Below, in pieces: positions 1 through 15,315 of a stretch of DNA of 64,000 bases (its first letter is position 1; every line of letters starts with the position of its first letter). Position numbers and translations under genes: made by a program. The DNA is from Octopus sinensis. Lineage: Eukaryota. The notes under the pieces are model-generated. The model did not search any database. It saw only the letters and a list, made by a program, of their open reading frames with translations, and was not told the DNA's origin. The stretch is taken from the NCBI RefSeq assembly GCF_006345805.1, contig NC_043009.1:56730001-56794000 (forward strand), in the 5' to 3' direction.

Positions 1-279
1 TTAAATTTTAATAGCGCAGTAGAAAATATACAAACATGGGAACATTTATACGAACGTTATTCGTAGATTAAAAGATAATTGATTCGTCAACAAATATATC
101 ATTTACATTTCCGCCGAAAAATCATTAAGATTTGGCTTAACTCACAACAGCAGTGTCCTCGAAGTAAGACAGTAATAAGCTGTTTGAATTTTATCGCCTA
201 TAGCTTGACAACCATTTTTTAAAACGCAGAACATAGCATATCTTAGTAGAGCGTATGTATGTATGTATGTATGTATGTA

Positions 280-355
<76 letters not shown>

Positions 356-398
356 TGCGTGCGTGCGAGTGCGTGCGTGTGTGTCTAATTATATATAC

Positions 399-1194
399 GG
401 CGAGCTGGCAGAAACGTTAGCACGCCGGGCGAAATGCTCAGCAGTATTTCGTCTGTCGCTACGTTCTGAATTCAAATTCCGCCGAGGTCGACTTTGCCTT
501 TCATCCTTTCGGAGTCGATTTAAATAAGTACCAGTTACGCACTGAGGCCGATGTAAACGACCGACTTAATCCGTTTGTCTGTCCTTGTTTGTCCTCTCTG
601 TATTTAGCCCCTTGTGGGTAGTAAAGAAATAGAAATAGGTATTTCGTCTGCCGTTACGTTCTGTGTTCAAATTCCGCTGAGATCGACTTTGCCTTTCATC
701 CTTTCGGGGTCGATTAAATAAGTACCAGTTACGCACTGAGGCCGATGTAAACGACCGACTTAATCCGTTTGTCTGTCCTTGTTTGTCCTCTCTGTATTTA
801 GCCCCTTGTGGGTAGTAAAGAAATAGAAATAGGTATTTCGTCTGCCGTTACGTTCTGTGTTCAAATTCCGCTGAGATCGACTTTGCCTTTCATCCTTTCG
901 GGGTCGATTAAATAAGTACCAGTTACGCACTGGGGTCGATCTAATCGACTTAATCCGTTTGTCTGTCCTTGTTTGTCTTTTCTGTGTTTAGCCCCTTGTG
1001 AGTAGTAAAGAAATAGAAATAGGTATTTTGTCTGCCGTTACGTTCTGAGTTCAAGTTCCGCCGAGGTCGGCTTTGCTTTTCATCCTTTCGGAGTCGATTA
1101 AATAAATACCAGTTACGCACTGGGGTTGATGTAATCGACTTAATCCCTTTGTTTGTCTCCTCTATGTTTAGCCTCCTGTGGGCAATAAAGAAAT
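399..1194 (+). mobile_element. tRNA-derived SINE (family A), one head followed by four tandem body units
   Basis: Head ggcgagctggcagaaacgttagcacgccgggcg, then the body gtatttcgtc...ttcaaattccgc...gactttgcctttcatcctttcgg restarting at 443, 637, 831 and 1021. The same family recurs many times in the window. Confidence 0.85.
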
Positions 1195-1273
1195 ATATAT
1201 ATACATGCACATACACATACATATGTATGTACACTTATATCTATATACACATATGTATCTCTCCATTCATCTA

Positions 1274-1379
<106 letters not shown>

Positions 1380-1449
1380 GATCTTATCTATCTATTTCAT
1401 CTCATTCAATACATAGTAATAATGAATCGAGAATATGCCTCCTTTCGGT

Positions 1450-2450
1450 CGGGCGCTGATAAACGTAGATCAGACTTAAAGATTCCGACGGAGTTAACAT
1501 CACTCTATTAAGGCTTTCCCAAGCACAGCCGGGTCAGGTCCACTTTAGCTGGATGGATCGTTACAATGTACAACAGCATCTGTTCGGTGGTCAAACTCAA
1601 TGGTCACCTCCCAGAATCGGTTAACATTGTGCGCTTGGAGTGTTACTGATGACATCTTTCATCTCTCCTGTACTTTGCCATGCTCGACTCCTTGCTGCAA
1701 AAGTTAAAGGTTTTGAGGAGAAACGCACTTGGATTAGGACGCAAAGGGCCATGGAAGCATATGCGGATGTTGTCACATCAGAAATCGAGGTTGTTGGCAC
1801 CATATAGGATGAGTAGCAGATGAAAACTGAGTACGTATCAACCATGATAATTTTCAACTCGGTGCGTGGATAAACAAGTCCATATGTGAGTCAGAGACTT
1901 CTGCCGCTGGACCGAGGGTCTGGTTAAGGTACTCTGGTCTGGTTCAGTACAAACTTCTAGGAGAATAAAACTGAGTAAAATTCGCAAGTAAAACAGCCAG
2001 TCTCGCTCTGAAAATCTGCGCATCGACAACAATGAACAGGCAGATCTATTCAGGAAGGCTTTCGACCTGGGAATTATAGAAATTAGCAGAAATCCTTGAT
2101 TTGGTACTGCTACTAAGGAACTAGTGCTACTAAGTGTTAGTTGCCAGGTTTTCCCAAGATGTTCAGAAAGTGATCAAACTGTCTTACTGCATTCATCCGG
2201 TGTCAAAACATTGCTAACTTGTGAAATTACATTGAACAGCTGTTAACATGTTTATGACATATGGCTGTCCACCGAATCCACTGTAACGATCAACCTACCG
2301 CTTTCCTGTTTTGTTACTATTGCAAAAGATATAGAGTGACAAGCAAGATTGTCGAGATTACGATGCATAGTCTTTACTCTTCAGCCAAGACTTCATAAAC
2401 CTTTTCATGTACCTTTTCAGAGTGACGGGCCCAGTTTGAGCAAGCTGATT
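1450..2450 (+). mobile_element. Degenerate Tx1/L1-clade LINE, RT and C-terminal fragment
   Basis: Manual translation gives GALINVDQ, GWIVTMYNSICSVVKLNGHL, AYADVVT and IEQLL..WLSTESTVTINLP. The last matches VEQLL..QLSAESIIEIVPP of the 32-35 kb element. Confidence 0.7.
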
Positions 2451-2929
2451 TTGATCATAGTTCTTCTCGATCACGTTTGAACTACAGTTAGATAACAACA
2501 CTACAACAATTATCTATTCAAAGTTATCAATTATCCTCTGGCATAAGGAAGTTTCCACATACATGGGATATATTTTACGGGGTTACGAGGTACATAATGA
2601 GTGTACTTAGGTTTTCCTGCATATAGATACGATGGTCTGACTCAACTGTCAGGATGTACAAGGATGGCATGATGTTGTCAGCAATTTTTTCGTCATTCTG
2701 AAGCAACGCCAAAAAATATTGTTGTTACAAATTATATGATAAATGAGGTGAGCTTTTTTATATTTCGCAGCTATTGGTGGAGATATTGTGGTATGAAGAT
2801 AATAAATGACTGAAGAATAATAATGATGTCTATAAAATCCTTGCTGTTAGGGATTAGAATAAACATAGGAAGTAATTAAATGGTTTTGCAGGTTTTTATA
2901 CGTTTACATCTAAAAATACACACAAATAC

Positions 2930-3960
<1,031 letters not shown>

Positions 3961-4248
3961 GACACACGTGTATGTCTCAATTTCTCTAAACAAATTATTA
4001 TTTAAATAAGACAGGCAGAATCCAGATGATACTGAAACTAAGATGCATATATATATATCACTTTCGCTGGACATTAGTAAAAATTGAGCCTCGTAATTCG
4101 CGACTCCTCCGCCGGGAAATATGACAGAATCTGATGAAACACCCTCGCCCCTAGTCACACACTTATATATTATGTATGTGTGTGGTGTGTGTGTGTGGTG
4201 TGTGTGTGTGTGTGTGTGTTGTGCATGTGTGTGTGTATATATAGTTCA

Positions 4249-4345
4249 AATTTACAGAAAACAGAAGACGAAGACAGGTGAAGGAAAAACAAGCAGGTGT
4301 ATTAGTTTAACGCTTGGGTAGATGGAAAAGCCTACGCAGAGAATC
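4249..4345 (-). repeat. Truncated copy of the repeat at 63765-63950, hammerhead core deleted
   Basis: aatttacagaaaacagaagacgaagacaggtg...gtattagtttaacgct aligns with 63769-63836. It retains gcctacgc but lacks the tttcga core. Confidence 0.65.
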
Positions 4346-4432
4346 CGCCTAGGGATAAACTAGCAGTAACATTCATCTGCCACTATGATATGGCTACTCG
4401 CTTTACTGTTTACACACAAACACACACACACA

Positions 4433-4503
<71 letters not shown>

Positions 4504-6371
4504 CAAACAATGAATAGGTGTCAATTCATTACACCTGTTTCTAACGAATTTCTTAACTGATTAAGGAGTACTATATCATTATTAAAAAAACCGTTTTCTT
4601 CTGATGAATACACGAGCTATACTATTAAGGACATCTAAAAACATTTATAATCCACGACATGTGCATATTTTGTGATTCCACGATCATCGCTGGTCACAGA
4701 ATGAGTTTGCTAACTCAAAGTAAAACATTGAAAAGTGTTTTTACATATGTGGGAAAGGAGTATTTAAGATTTATACCAGTGATGATATACGCACGCATAT
4801 ATTTACAGACATAACGTGTGTATGTATCTGTGTCTGTACGTGTGTGTATTTATTTACATAGTTGCTATGTATGCATTTTAATTTTGTCCCGATCAGCCGC
4901 CTTACCCTTATTCACCTGAATCTTGATATTATATATTTATAAATCTAAAATGGCCGATGACTAGCAACACGCTTGAAACTCAAGAGTAACAACGAATTTG
5001 AATCAAACTGTTTTGATCCACACACACACATACACAACACACACACACATATATATATATATACAGATAGATAAATACGCTTGCGTATGTACGTACACAC
5101 ACACACATACATATGTTAAACAATATCTGAATACACATACCTGTGATTGTATACGCACGCATATATTTACATACTTAATGTGTGTATGTATTTGTGCCTA
5201 TACGCGTGTGTATTTATTTACATATATGTATGTGTGCACGCACGCACACATACATACATACATACATACACTTACATACACACATATGTTTATAAACTTA
5301 CGTACTTTACCTGAAATATGGAGGTCAATAAATATGTTGATTTTTCTCCCCCTCTCCGCTAATTACATTTATGTGTTTATACACGCCCTTAAGACACATA
5401 TGGTCTTTGCAGAATCTTTACTATTACCTAATTAACGGTTTAATTAATATATAAAGATCTACCATTAAAGACTTGTTTACTAATTACTTCGAGCATATGG
5501 AAGAAGCAAATGGACTATTTCTTAAAACAAAATTGAAATTCACGAACTTTTGTTTATACTATATGAAAGCATCATATAACTGTACTGATCAGTGATATAG
5601 ATTAGTTTAATGCCAATGGGAAGTTACTCCAGTAGATGTTTCAATACCAAGTACATTAAATGAGCTTTCGTTTTAATTTCATTTTCTCAAACATTTTCTT
5701 TTTCACCAATCAATCACCCAACTACGAGGGTAAAAATTGGAAGCAATCTTAATATAACATTTAGGTACGTTGTCCCGGCAATCTATAGATTATATTTCAA
5801 TTTCCGTTGGAGTGTCTGTTAAGGAGTTTTTTTCTCTATTTTTCCCCGCGAAAAAAAAAGAGAGAAAATCGTTAATACATCTAATATATATGGTTGTCAA
5901 CATTGTCGTTTAGTTATGATTGAGCAAATTTATTATCAAAGTTGTTCCACCTGTGACCATCAAGTATATATATATATTTTTTTTTTTTTGAGATCGGGTG
6001 TATCCAGAACTATATTATCTAATATGTACATCAAATATACAAATTTGTGGCGAAATTTGGCTATAGTATTTAACGATTTTGTTTATATTGAAAACGCATT
6101 AGTTACTTATTCATAATATATAACTTTATCTTAGTCCCATATCTTAATAGAAAAAAGAAACGCTACTACACGAGAAACTGTCTTATTAACATTTATATGT
6201 GTATGATTGTGAGTGCGTACGAGCATGAAAGCATGTGCATGTGTACGCGTGTGTATGTATGTATGTATGTATGTATGTATGTATGTATGTATGTATGTAT
6301 GTATGTATGTTGTATGAATGTTTATGTATGTTGCATGTATGTATGCATGTATATTATTATATATATATATA

Positions 6372-6412
<41 letters not shown>

Positions 6413-7276
6413 ACGCGTGTGTTGTGTCTGTATAAATATTTGGGACTAATGGTATATATCGATTAGTGTGTTGAGGCGTTGAGTAGGGCACTGGCACGGT
6501 TTGGGCTACCTGGTATCATCCGCAGTCGGAGCATATTTCCGTTAGATCAACTTCAGGAATTACGCAGTGTTAGTTGAGATAATAATAATTGATTAAGTAA
6601 CCAGAAGATGGATTTGGTATTAGTCTTTATTTTGTACGACGACCGTTTCTTCCCACCTTGCTACTATCCTTTAGGGATGGGACTCCGTTCAACATGTATT
6701 GCATCCATTTTAAAGTTTGGGTCACATCAGGTACATCCATACCTAAAGTGGTGTCTCGCTAAAGATCTTGAGTTTAGGAGGTCATGTTGTTTATGTGCGT
6801 CGAGTTAGGGAATGAAGCAACGCATAAGAAATATTTCTATATATTCTTAGTATTCCAAACGCATCCTAATGCAATCTTTATTGTCCTATGTACACTCTGA
6901 TGATTTTCCATACAAGGTATTTAAAATGCAAAATTATATATTAAGAAGGAATCATATACCCTTGGATGTTTTATATGTTTATGGATTCATTATACCATTC
7001 AGTCAACTATAAATCTAATATTTACTTAATATTTACTGAGAACTAATTGAAACAGCAGTAAGTGAAGATGATTAATTTGCTGTTAATAATAAACAATTAT
7101 TGATTTCCCAATCTCCATGTTCCCCTTCTTCTTTTATATGACTATAAACTATGTTTTTTTTTTTAAATATATATGCCTATTATTTTAAGGAAATTAATTC
7201 CCCCAAATACTAGGTAATGAACCAGTATTTCCTTAGATGAAACCATTCATTTATGAGGTTAACACAACCTCTAATC

Positions 7277-7404
<128 letters not shown>

Positions 7405-8342
7405 ATGTATGTATGTATGTATGTATGTATGTATGTATACACACTTACACACACTCATCAGCAACATAGTTAACGCTATAGAAACTATTGTAGGACACAC
7501 TCTGCCCCTTACAATATTCGTTTACTTTTTCTACACACATCCTAGTGGTGAGTTTAATTCCATATAAACCTCAGCAGTTTTCAGTTTACTTTATCCTCGA
7601 CATACATCTTCTATGTGGCCGCTAGTAACAACAAACAACACGGTAATGGTAGGACGTTAGCCATCAATTAAACTATTAATTAACTAATGAGCCTATAAGA
7701 ATCAGAGGCCCGGTCACAAGTAAGGGCGTGTATAAACAAACGAGTGTACTGGAAATAAAAAGGCAATTACTCTTCGACCTCCATATTTTGGGATATATAC
7801 GCAGTATAATTATATATAGATATGACTGTGAGTGCGTGTGTTTGTGTATAAATATATATGTGTGTGTGCGCGTGTATGTATGTATGTATATATCTATATC
7901 TATAGATATATACATAAACATATATATATACATAAATATATCTGCATATACATACATGTGCACAAACACAATATATATAGTTATATTCATACATATTTAC
8001 ATGTATATAAATATATAATATATATATATAGATATATATAACACACACATACATTCACATAGACATATATATATACACAGACATAAATTATATATATATA
8101 TACACAATATACTACATATATATATATATATATATACCTATTATAACAAATTTACACATCATTTAGATGACATCCAATTTATATAAAATATTATATATTA
8201 TGAGGACAAAAACACTATGCAAAACAACAAGGACATATAAATACATAAAATTAATATATATATTTATAAATTTATTATGTAGTGTTTGTTTATAGTGGTT
8301 TTCGTAATATATTTTAATATATAGATATATATATTGTATGTA

Positions 8343-8383
<41 letters not shown>

Positions 8384-8540
8384 TGTGTGTGTGTGTGTTG
8401 TGTGGATGCATATACATATATATGCTTCTATGCCACACCTATGCAAATAGCTAACTGCGCTTCCAGTTTGTAGTATTTGAGGAGTATCAATTTGTATTAT
8501 ATGAATGTTTGCAAAAGTCTACACACACACATATATATGT

Positions 8541-9461
8541 ATTAATAATGAAAGGGTATAATTAATTAATTACTTGATTAATAAATTTATTAATTAATAA
8601 TTTTACCAAGTAGTTTGGTACGTTAAAATAACCTTTTTAGGTAAAATTACACAAATATTCTATAATTATAAACATAATTATAATTAGGGGTCAGCTAATT
8701 GTTCCACCACATATCGAATTTAGAAATAGGAGTTAAAAATTCCTTTTCTATTACCGTAAGAATCTCCCAGACAGTAATACACGTTTTTACGTAGGAAAAA
8801 ACAAAAATAATGAATCCACATGACTCCGATTAGCTACATACGCGTTTCGAGATTAAAGTATATTTGCCTACTTATTTCTCATCATCAGTGTAGCAATTCA
8901 AATATAAAATTTGAAATTGCTAAGGTTAAATATGTACACTATCAAGTGTCATCGCACAACAGATATCCAACGAACACTTCCAAAATTTACACAGCTGAAT
9001 GTGAATACATATTTATTCCTTCTACCCCCGTGTATGTTACGAGCGATCCCACAGAAACTGCAGTTTTCGATCAGGGAGTAAATCATAATTTCAATATTAA
9101 TAATAAAAGGGTAAAATTAATTAATTAATTGATTGATTAATTAAATTTTCCAAGTAGATCGGTACGTTAAAATAACCTTTTTTAGGTAAATTAGGGGTCA
9201 GCTAATTGATTCACCACATACCAAATTTAGAAATAGGAGTTAAAAATTCCTTTTCAACTACCGTAAGAATCTTCCGGAATCGGAGTCGTGTGGATTCATT
9301 ATTTTTCTTTTTGCTAACGTAAAAAAGTGTGTTACTGTCTGGGAGATTCTTACGGCAGTAGAAAAGGAATTTTTAACTCCTATTTCTAAATTCGGTATGT
9401 GGTGAAGCAGTTAGCTGACCCCTAATTATAATTATGTTTATAATTATAGAATATTGCGTGT
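8541..9461 (-). mobile_element. Non-coding Penelope-like/retrozyme-like unit, partial tandem plus terminal inversion
   Basis: 8541-8765 is repeated directly at about 9095-9272. 8647-8831 is repeated inverted at 9278-9461. An HHR lies between the direct copies. Confidence 0.7.
8833..8894 (-). ncRNA. Type I hammerhead ribozyme motif with intact core
   Basis: Minus strand: GCUACA-CUGAUGA-U-GAGA..AAGUA/UACUU..UCUC-GAAA-CGCG-UA-UGUAGC. 6-bp stem I, G10.1-C11.1 pair, palindromic ACGCGU stem III, GUA cleavage triplet. Confidence 0.85.
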
Positions 9462-10553
9462 ATATATATATATATATATATACATATAATCCAAATATAA
9501 ACATAAATAGAAAATACAACATAGTTAGGTCCAATATGAAAACGCTCAAAAGGGAGAAGGAGGGACAACGTTTCGAGTGGAACATATAAGTATTATTGTA
9601 TGTAGGTAGGTAATGTAGATGATGTAGGAGTATGTATGTTAGTGTGCTTGTTGTGTAGGAAGTGCATGTAGTAGTGTGTGGTGTGTGTTAGTTAGTGTAG
9701 TTAGTAAGTTTTTGGTAAAAGCAAATGCAAGCCATGTAGGTGACATGGAGGTAAATAGGGTGGTGTTCATGTAAAGAGTTGTAGGAGGGAGCTGTGAAAA
9801 AGCGGTGTTGCATCTTCATCTATTTTGCAGCTTGTCCACGATGCACCGGACGGAGAAAGTCCTCTCCTTCGACTGTACAAATAGACCGCGCACAATTGCA
9901 CGTATATGTCTGCATTGATGCCTGTATGTATGAACGAAACTTCCAACCATATAGCGACAACAAAACTAAAAGAAAATAATTAAGGCGGTGCACCAGCATG
10001 GTCGCAGTTCTATGACTGAAACCACTGGAAGAATATGGGAAAAAAATGTAGATGTATGTGGAAGTGTGGCAGATAATTTGATCAATCGATCAAGAAGTTC
10101 ATATTTCAATGAAGAACTCAATAGTTTTAAACATAAGTAGGCATTTATTTGTTTTGATACAAATCTTACAGCGTAGTTTCCTGCGTAAATACAGGATTGT
10201 CAGATAACAAAATTTTCTAAACAAATTTCATAATATATATTGTAATATAGGTCAACTAGTAAGTAGCAGAGACTCGCCCACATGTGTGTATGTGTGTCTG
10301 TGTATATACGCCCACGTGTGTGTATGTGTGCGTGTGTGTGTGGTGTGTGTGTGTGTGTGAGTGTGTGTGTGTGCGGCCGCGCGTGTGTGTGAGTATGTGT
10401 TTTGTAATTGAAAATTATAGAGAATGTAGATCATATATCTGTAAGATGGTTTTCGGAACTCGTGTGTATTTCGGATGCGCGTGCAGAAACTTTTATGAAA
10501 GCAACTTTTATATTTTACGTGTTGTTAGAGGGATAATAGTTTTCAATAGAGTA

Positions 10554-11400
10554 CGACGGTTGGTTGAAAAGTTCATAGGCTGGCCAAGATACTTTCATGA
10601 AATATGACCAAAATGAGATTTATATTTCACATACTTGTTTAATTATGTTGAGGTGCTTGGTGGATTCCATTGGTGAAGAAGCTTTCTTCCTGTTGGTCAG
10701 AAAAGTCAAAAACAGCAGGTATAACGTCATCATCCTGCGATTTTGGTTCCCAACAAGTGTTTTTTTTTTTCATATTGGGGAGAAGATGGGGCCACATCAG
10801 GAGAATACGGAGTCTGATCAACCAGTTCAAAGTCCAATCACGTAAGTAGTCATTGGAACAAAGGGCTTCTGTGCTGGAGCATTACCTTAATGAAATAAGG
10901 CCCCCTTCATCAGTTTTCTTGAGCGTTTGGTCTTGATAACCTTTCGAACTGCCGCAGCAAGTTGGCATAGCACCCTCCATTGACGATGTGGCCCTTTAAA
11001 AGATAGTCAATAAGCACAATGCTTTTGTATCCTAAAAATTGAAGTCATCACCTTCTCTGCAGATGAAACGACCTTAGCCTTCTTTGGAGCAGGAGAGAAG
11101 GGATGTTTCCATTACATTCATTGTCTGTTTGTCTCTGGCTCAGCCATGTTGGCTGAGGAAAAGTTCAAGGAAACCATCTGGATCTGCTAGAAACAATGTG
11201 ATATGATCCGTGATATGATCAGACTGGTGCACTTTTGATCATGTGTCAGAAGACCTAACACCCAGCGAACAGAAACCTTCGTTATGACAAGTTCATCGTG
11301 CAGAATAATCTCAACTCTCTCGCAGGATGTGCTTGTAGTATTGGCTATTTGATTTATAGTTATCCATCACAATGTGGTGTACATGATCAATGTTTTCCTT
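10554..11400 (-). mobile_element. Truncated mariner transposon (irritans/Himar1-like), pseudogenised
   Basis: TA + cgacggttggttgaaaagttc terminus. Minus translation (with frameshifts) includes ENIDHVHHIVMD, DTKxIVLIDYLLKGH and LFH*GNAPA. Confidence 0.8.
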
Positions 11401-12409
11401 GGAGGGACATCGGCGCAGACAAGGATACACACGATAGAAAGACAGAAGAGACTAAACTGGACAGAAGGAGACACGTGGAATGGAGAGTTGGTGAAGAGAT
11501 CACAAGATGTGTGACAAAAGATTTCCAGACAAAAGACTGATAATAAGATCGATAATAAACAAGTGAAGAGTAAATATATTAGTGCTTGTGTTTATTTGGC
11601 GAGAAAATAAAAAGCGATCATCCGAAATATACAATATCTGTTCCAACACGATTTCGCTCCAGGAAACTTGCAAAACAAATACATAACCGTATGTATATAC
11701 GTATATACATACATACATACATACATACATACATACATACATACATACATACATACGTACGTACATACATACGTACGTACATACATACATACATACATAC
11801 ATAACATACATACATACATACATACATACATACATACATACATACATACATACACACACAGATATGTGTGTGTGTGTATGTGTACTTCAGAAGAATGTTT
11901 TTGACAACGAGTATAATGAAAATGATGATTATGATGATTATCATCATCAAATTCATCATCATCATCATCACTNNNNNNNNNNNNNNNNNNNNNNNNNNNN
12001 NNNNNNNNNNNNNNNNNNNNNNNNNNNNNNNNNNNNNNNNNNNNNNNNNNNNNNNNNNNNNNNNNNNNNNNNGGGGGCACCAGCATGGTCGCAGTTCTAT
12101 GACTGAAACCACTGGAGAATATGGGAAAAAAATGTAGATTGTATGTGGAAGTGGGGCAGATAATCTTGATGCAATCGATCAAGAAGTTCATATTTCAATG
12201 AAGAACTCAATAGTTTTAAACATAAGTAGGCATTTATTTGTTTTGATACAAATTTTACAGCGTAGTTTCCTGCGTAAATACAGGATTGTCAGATAACAAA
12301 ATTGTCTAAACAAATTTCATAATATATATTGTAATATAGGTCAAACTAGTAAGTAGCAGAGACTCGCCCACATGTGTGTATGTGTGTCTGTGTATATACG
12401 CCCACGTGT

Positions 12410-12452
<43 letters not shown>

Positions 12453-12646
12453 TGTGTGTGTGTGTGCGGCCGCGTGTGTGTGAGTATGTGTTTTGTAATT
12501 GAAAATTATAGAGAATGTAGATCATATATTCTGTAAGATGGTTTTCGGACTCGTGTGTATTTCGGATGCGCGTGCAGAAACTTTTATGAAAGCAACTTTT
12601 ATATTTTACGTGTTGTTAGAGGATAATTAGTTTTTCAATAGATGTA

Positions 12647-13500
12647 CGACGGTTGGTTGAAAAGTTCATAGGCTGGCCAAGATACTTTCATGAAATATGA
12701 CAAAATGAGATTTATATTTCACATACTTGTTTAATTATGTTGAGGTGCTTGGTGGATTCCATTGGTGAAGAAGCTTTCTTCCTGTTGGTCAGAAAAGTCA
12801 AAAACAGCAGGTATAACGTCATCATCACTGCGATTTTGGTTCCCAACCAAGTGTTTTTTTTTTTTCATATTGGGGAGAAGATGGGGCCACATCAGGAGAA
12901 TACGGAGTCTGATCAACCAGTTCAAAGTCCCAATCACGTACAGCAGTCATTGGAACAAAGGGCTTCTGTGCTGGAGCATTACCTTAATGAAATAAGGCCC
13001 CCTTCATCAGTTTTCTTGAGCGTTTGGTCTTGATAACCTTTCGAACTGCCGCAGCAAGTTGGCATAGCACCCTCCATTGACGATGTGGCCCTTTAAAAGA
13101 TAGTCAATAAGCACAATGCTTTTGTATCCTAAAAATTGAAGTCATCACCTTCTCTGCAGATGAAACGACCTTAGCCTTCTTTGGAGCAGGAGAGAAGGGA
13201 TGTTTCCATTACATTCATTGTCTGTTTGTCTCTGGCTCAGCCATGTTGGCTGAGGAAAAGTTCAAGGAAACCATCTGGATCTGCTAGAAACAATGTGATA
13301 TGATCCGTGATATGATCAGACTGGTGCACTTTTGATCATGTGTCAGAAGACCTAACACCCAGCGAACAGAAACCTTCGTTATGACAAGTTCATCGTGCAG
13401 AATAATCTCAACTCTCTCGCAGGATGTGCTTGTAGCATTGGCTATTTGATTTATAGTTATCCATCACAATGTGGTGTACATGATCAATGTTTTCCTTGGA
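12647..13500 (-). mobile_element. Second copy of the same mariner, within the duplication
   Basis: Near-identical to 10554-11400. Confidence 0.8.
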
Positions 13501-14024
13501 GGGACATCGGCGCAGACAAGGATACACACGATAGAAAGACAGAAGAGACTAAACTGGACAGAAGGAGACACGTGGAATGGAGAGTTGGTGAAGAGATCAC
13601 AAGATGTGTGACAAAAGATTTCCAGACAAAAGACTGATAATAAGATCGATAATAAACAAGTGAAGAGTAAATATATAGTGCTTGTGTTTATTTGGCGAGA
13701 AAATAAAAAGCGATCATCCCGAAATATAACAATATCTGTTCCAACACGATTTCGCTCCAGGAAACTTGCAAAACAAATACATAACCGTATGTATATACGT
13801 ATATACATACATACATACATACATACATACATACATACATACATACATACATACGTACGTACATACATACGTACGTACATACATACATACATACATACAT
13901 ACATACATACATACATACATACATACATACATACATACATACATACATACACACACAGATATGTGTGTGTGTGTATGTGTACTTCAGAAGAATGTTTTTG
14001 ACAACGAGTATAATGAAAATGATG

Positions 14025-14145
14025 ATTATGATGATTATCATCATCAAATTCATCATCATCATCATCACTGTCGTTGTCATCATCATCGTCATCGTCGTCG
14101 TCATCATCATCGTCATCGTCATCGTCATCATCGTCATCGTCATCA

Positions 14146-14176
<31 letters not shown>

Positions 14177-14335
14177 TATCGTCGTCATCGTCATCATCAT
14201 CATCATCGTCATCGTCATCGTCATCTTCGTCATCGTCATCATCATCGTCGTCATCATCATCATCGTCGTCGTCGTTATCGTCGTCATCGTCATCATCATC
14301 GTCGTCGTCGTCGTCATTATCATCATCAACATCAT
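14025..14335. repeat. (CAT/CGT)n trinucleotide repeat
   Basis: Direct reading. Source of the poly-D, poly-S and poly-H/R ORFs. Confidence 0.95.
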
Positions 14336-14596
14336 TGAAGACAAGCAATCAAGATCTGCCACGCCATTCATTTGAAAGTTGACAAACTGCGCTCGAAAGA
14401 CATGGTACTTAAAAACACAGACAGACAGATAGACAGACAGACAGACAGACATACGCACACGCGCACACGCACACTTGTAAGAGCGTGTCAATGGAGTTGT
14501 AACTGTTCTGATTACGTTTTGCGCCACACTTCTAATTTTCTTACCCGCCATTTCCCCAAAATCATATGTACATAACACACGAGTGCGTGTGTGTGA

Positions 14597-14677
<81 letters not shown>

Positions 14678-14678
14678 G

Positions 14679-14739
<61 letters not shown>

Positions 14740-15047
14740 TACGCACACGCGCGCACAAATATACTAACCTATTTCTTTACCAACTGTACAAATATTTTTC
14801 CTATCGTTGCTATTTTATAATTCTCTCTGACACCTTCTCCCGGCCCCCCATCCCCGTCACACCCTCCGCCGTCTTCGTAGTCTCGTTTACCCTCATATCG
14901 TATTTGTTGTTATATTTGTTGCAGCTGTTGTTACCACTTTTGTTGTTGTTGTTGCTATTACTACTGTTGTCATTGTTGTTGTTATTCCTTTTTTTTATGA
15001 TTGTCGTTGATGTTACTGATGCTGTTGTTGATTATTGACATGAAACA

Positions 15048-15315
15048 TGGAGAGAGAGAGTGAGAGAGAGGAGAGAGAGAGGGAGAGAGAGAGGGTGAGA
15101 GAGAGGGAGAGAGGGAGAGAGAGAGGGAGAGAGAGAGGGGCGAGAGAGAGGGGCGAGAGAGAGGGAGAGGGAGAGGGGGTGAGAGAGGGAGAGAGAGAGG
15201 GAGAGAGAGAGGGAGGGTGAGAGAGAGGGAGCGAGAGAGAGAGGGGTGAGAGAGAGAGGGGTGAGAGAGAGAGGGAGAGAGAGAGGGGGGAGAGAGGAGA
15301 GAGAGAGAGAGAGCT
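15048..15315. repeat. Polypurine (GA/GGA)n tract
   Basis: About 270 bp of almost pure G/A. Confidence 0.95.

Larger units (their letters stand above)
9990..14069. repeat. Near-identical ~2.09 kb direct duplication across a 100-N gap (9990-11972 vs 12077-14069)
   Basis: Copies differ mainly by 1-bp indels and microsatellite length. The gap is 11973-12072. Confidence 0.9.

Noticed and set aside
399-1194. CRISPR-like regular repeats
   Set aside because: The units are ~190-bp SINE bodies without unique spacers, in a eukaryotic context with no cas genes.
4951-4992. HHR-like ccgatga..agc/gct..GAAA-ctc aa gag-ta
   Set aside because: Stem III and the GUA site fit, but stem I does not pair and U4 is altered.
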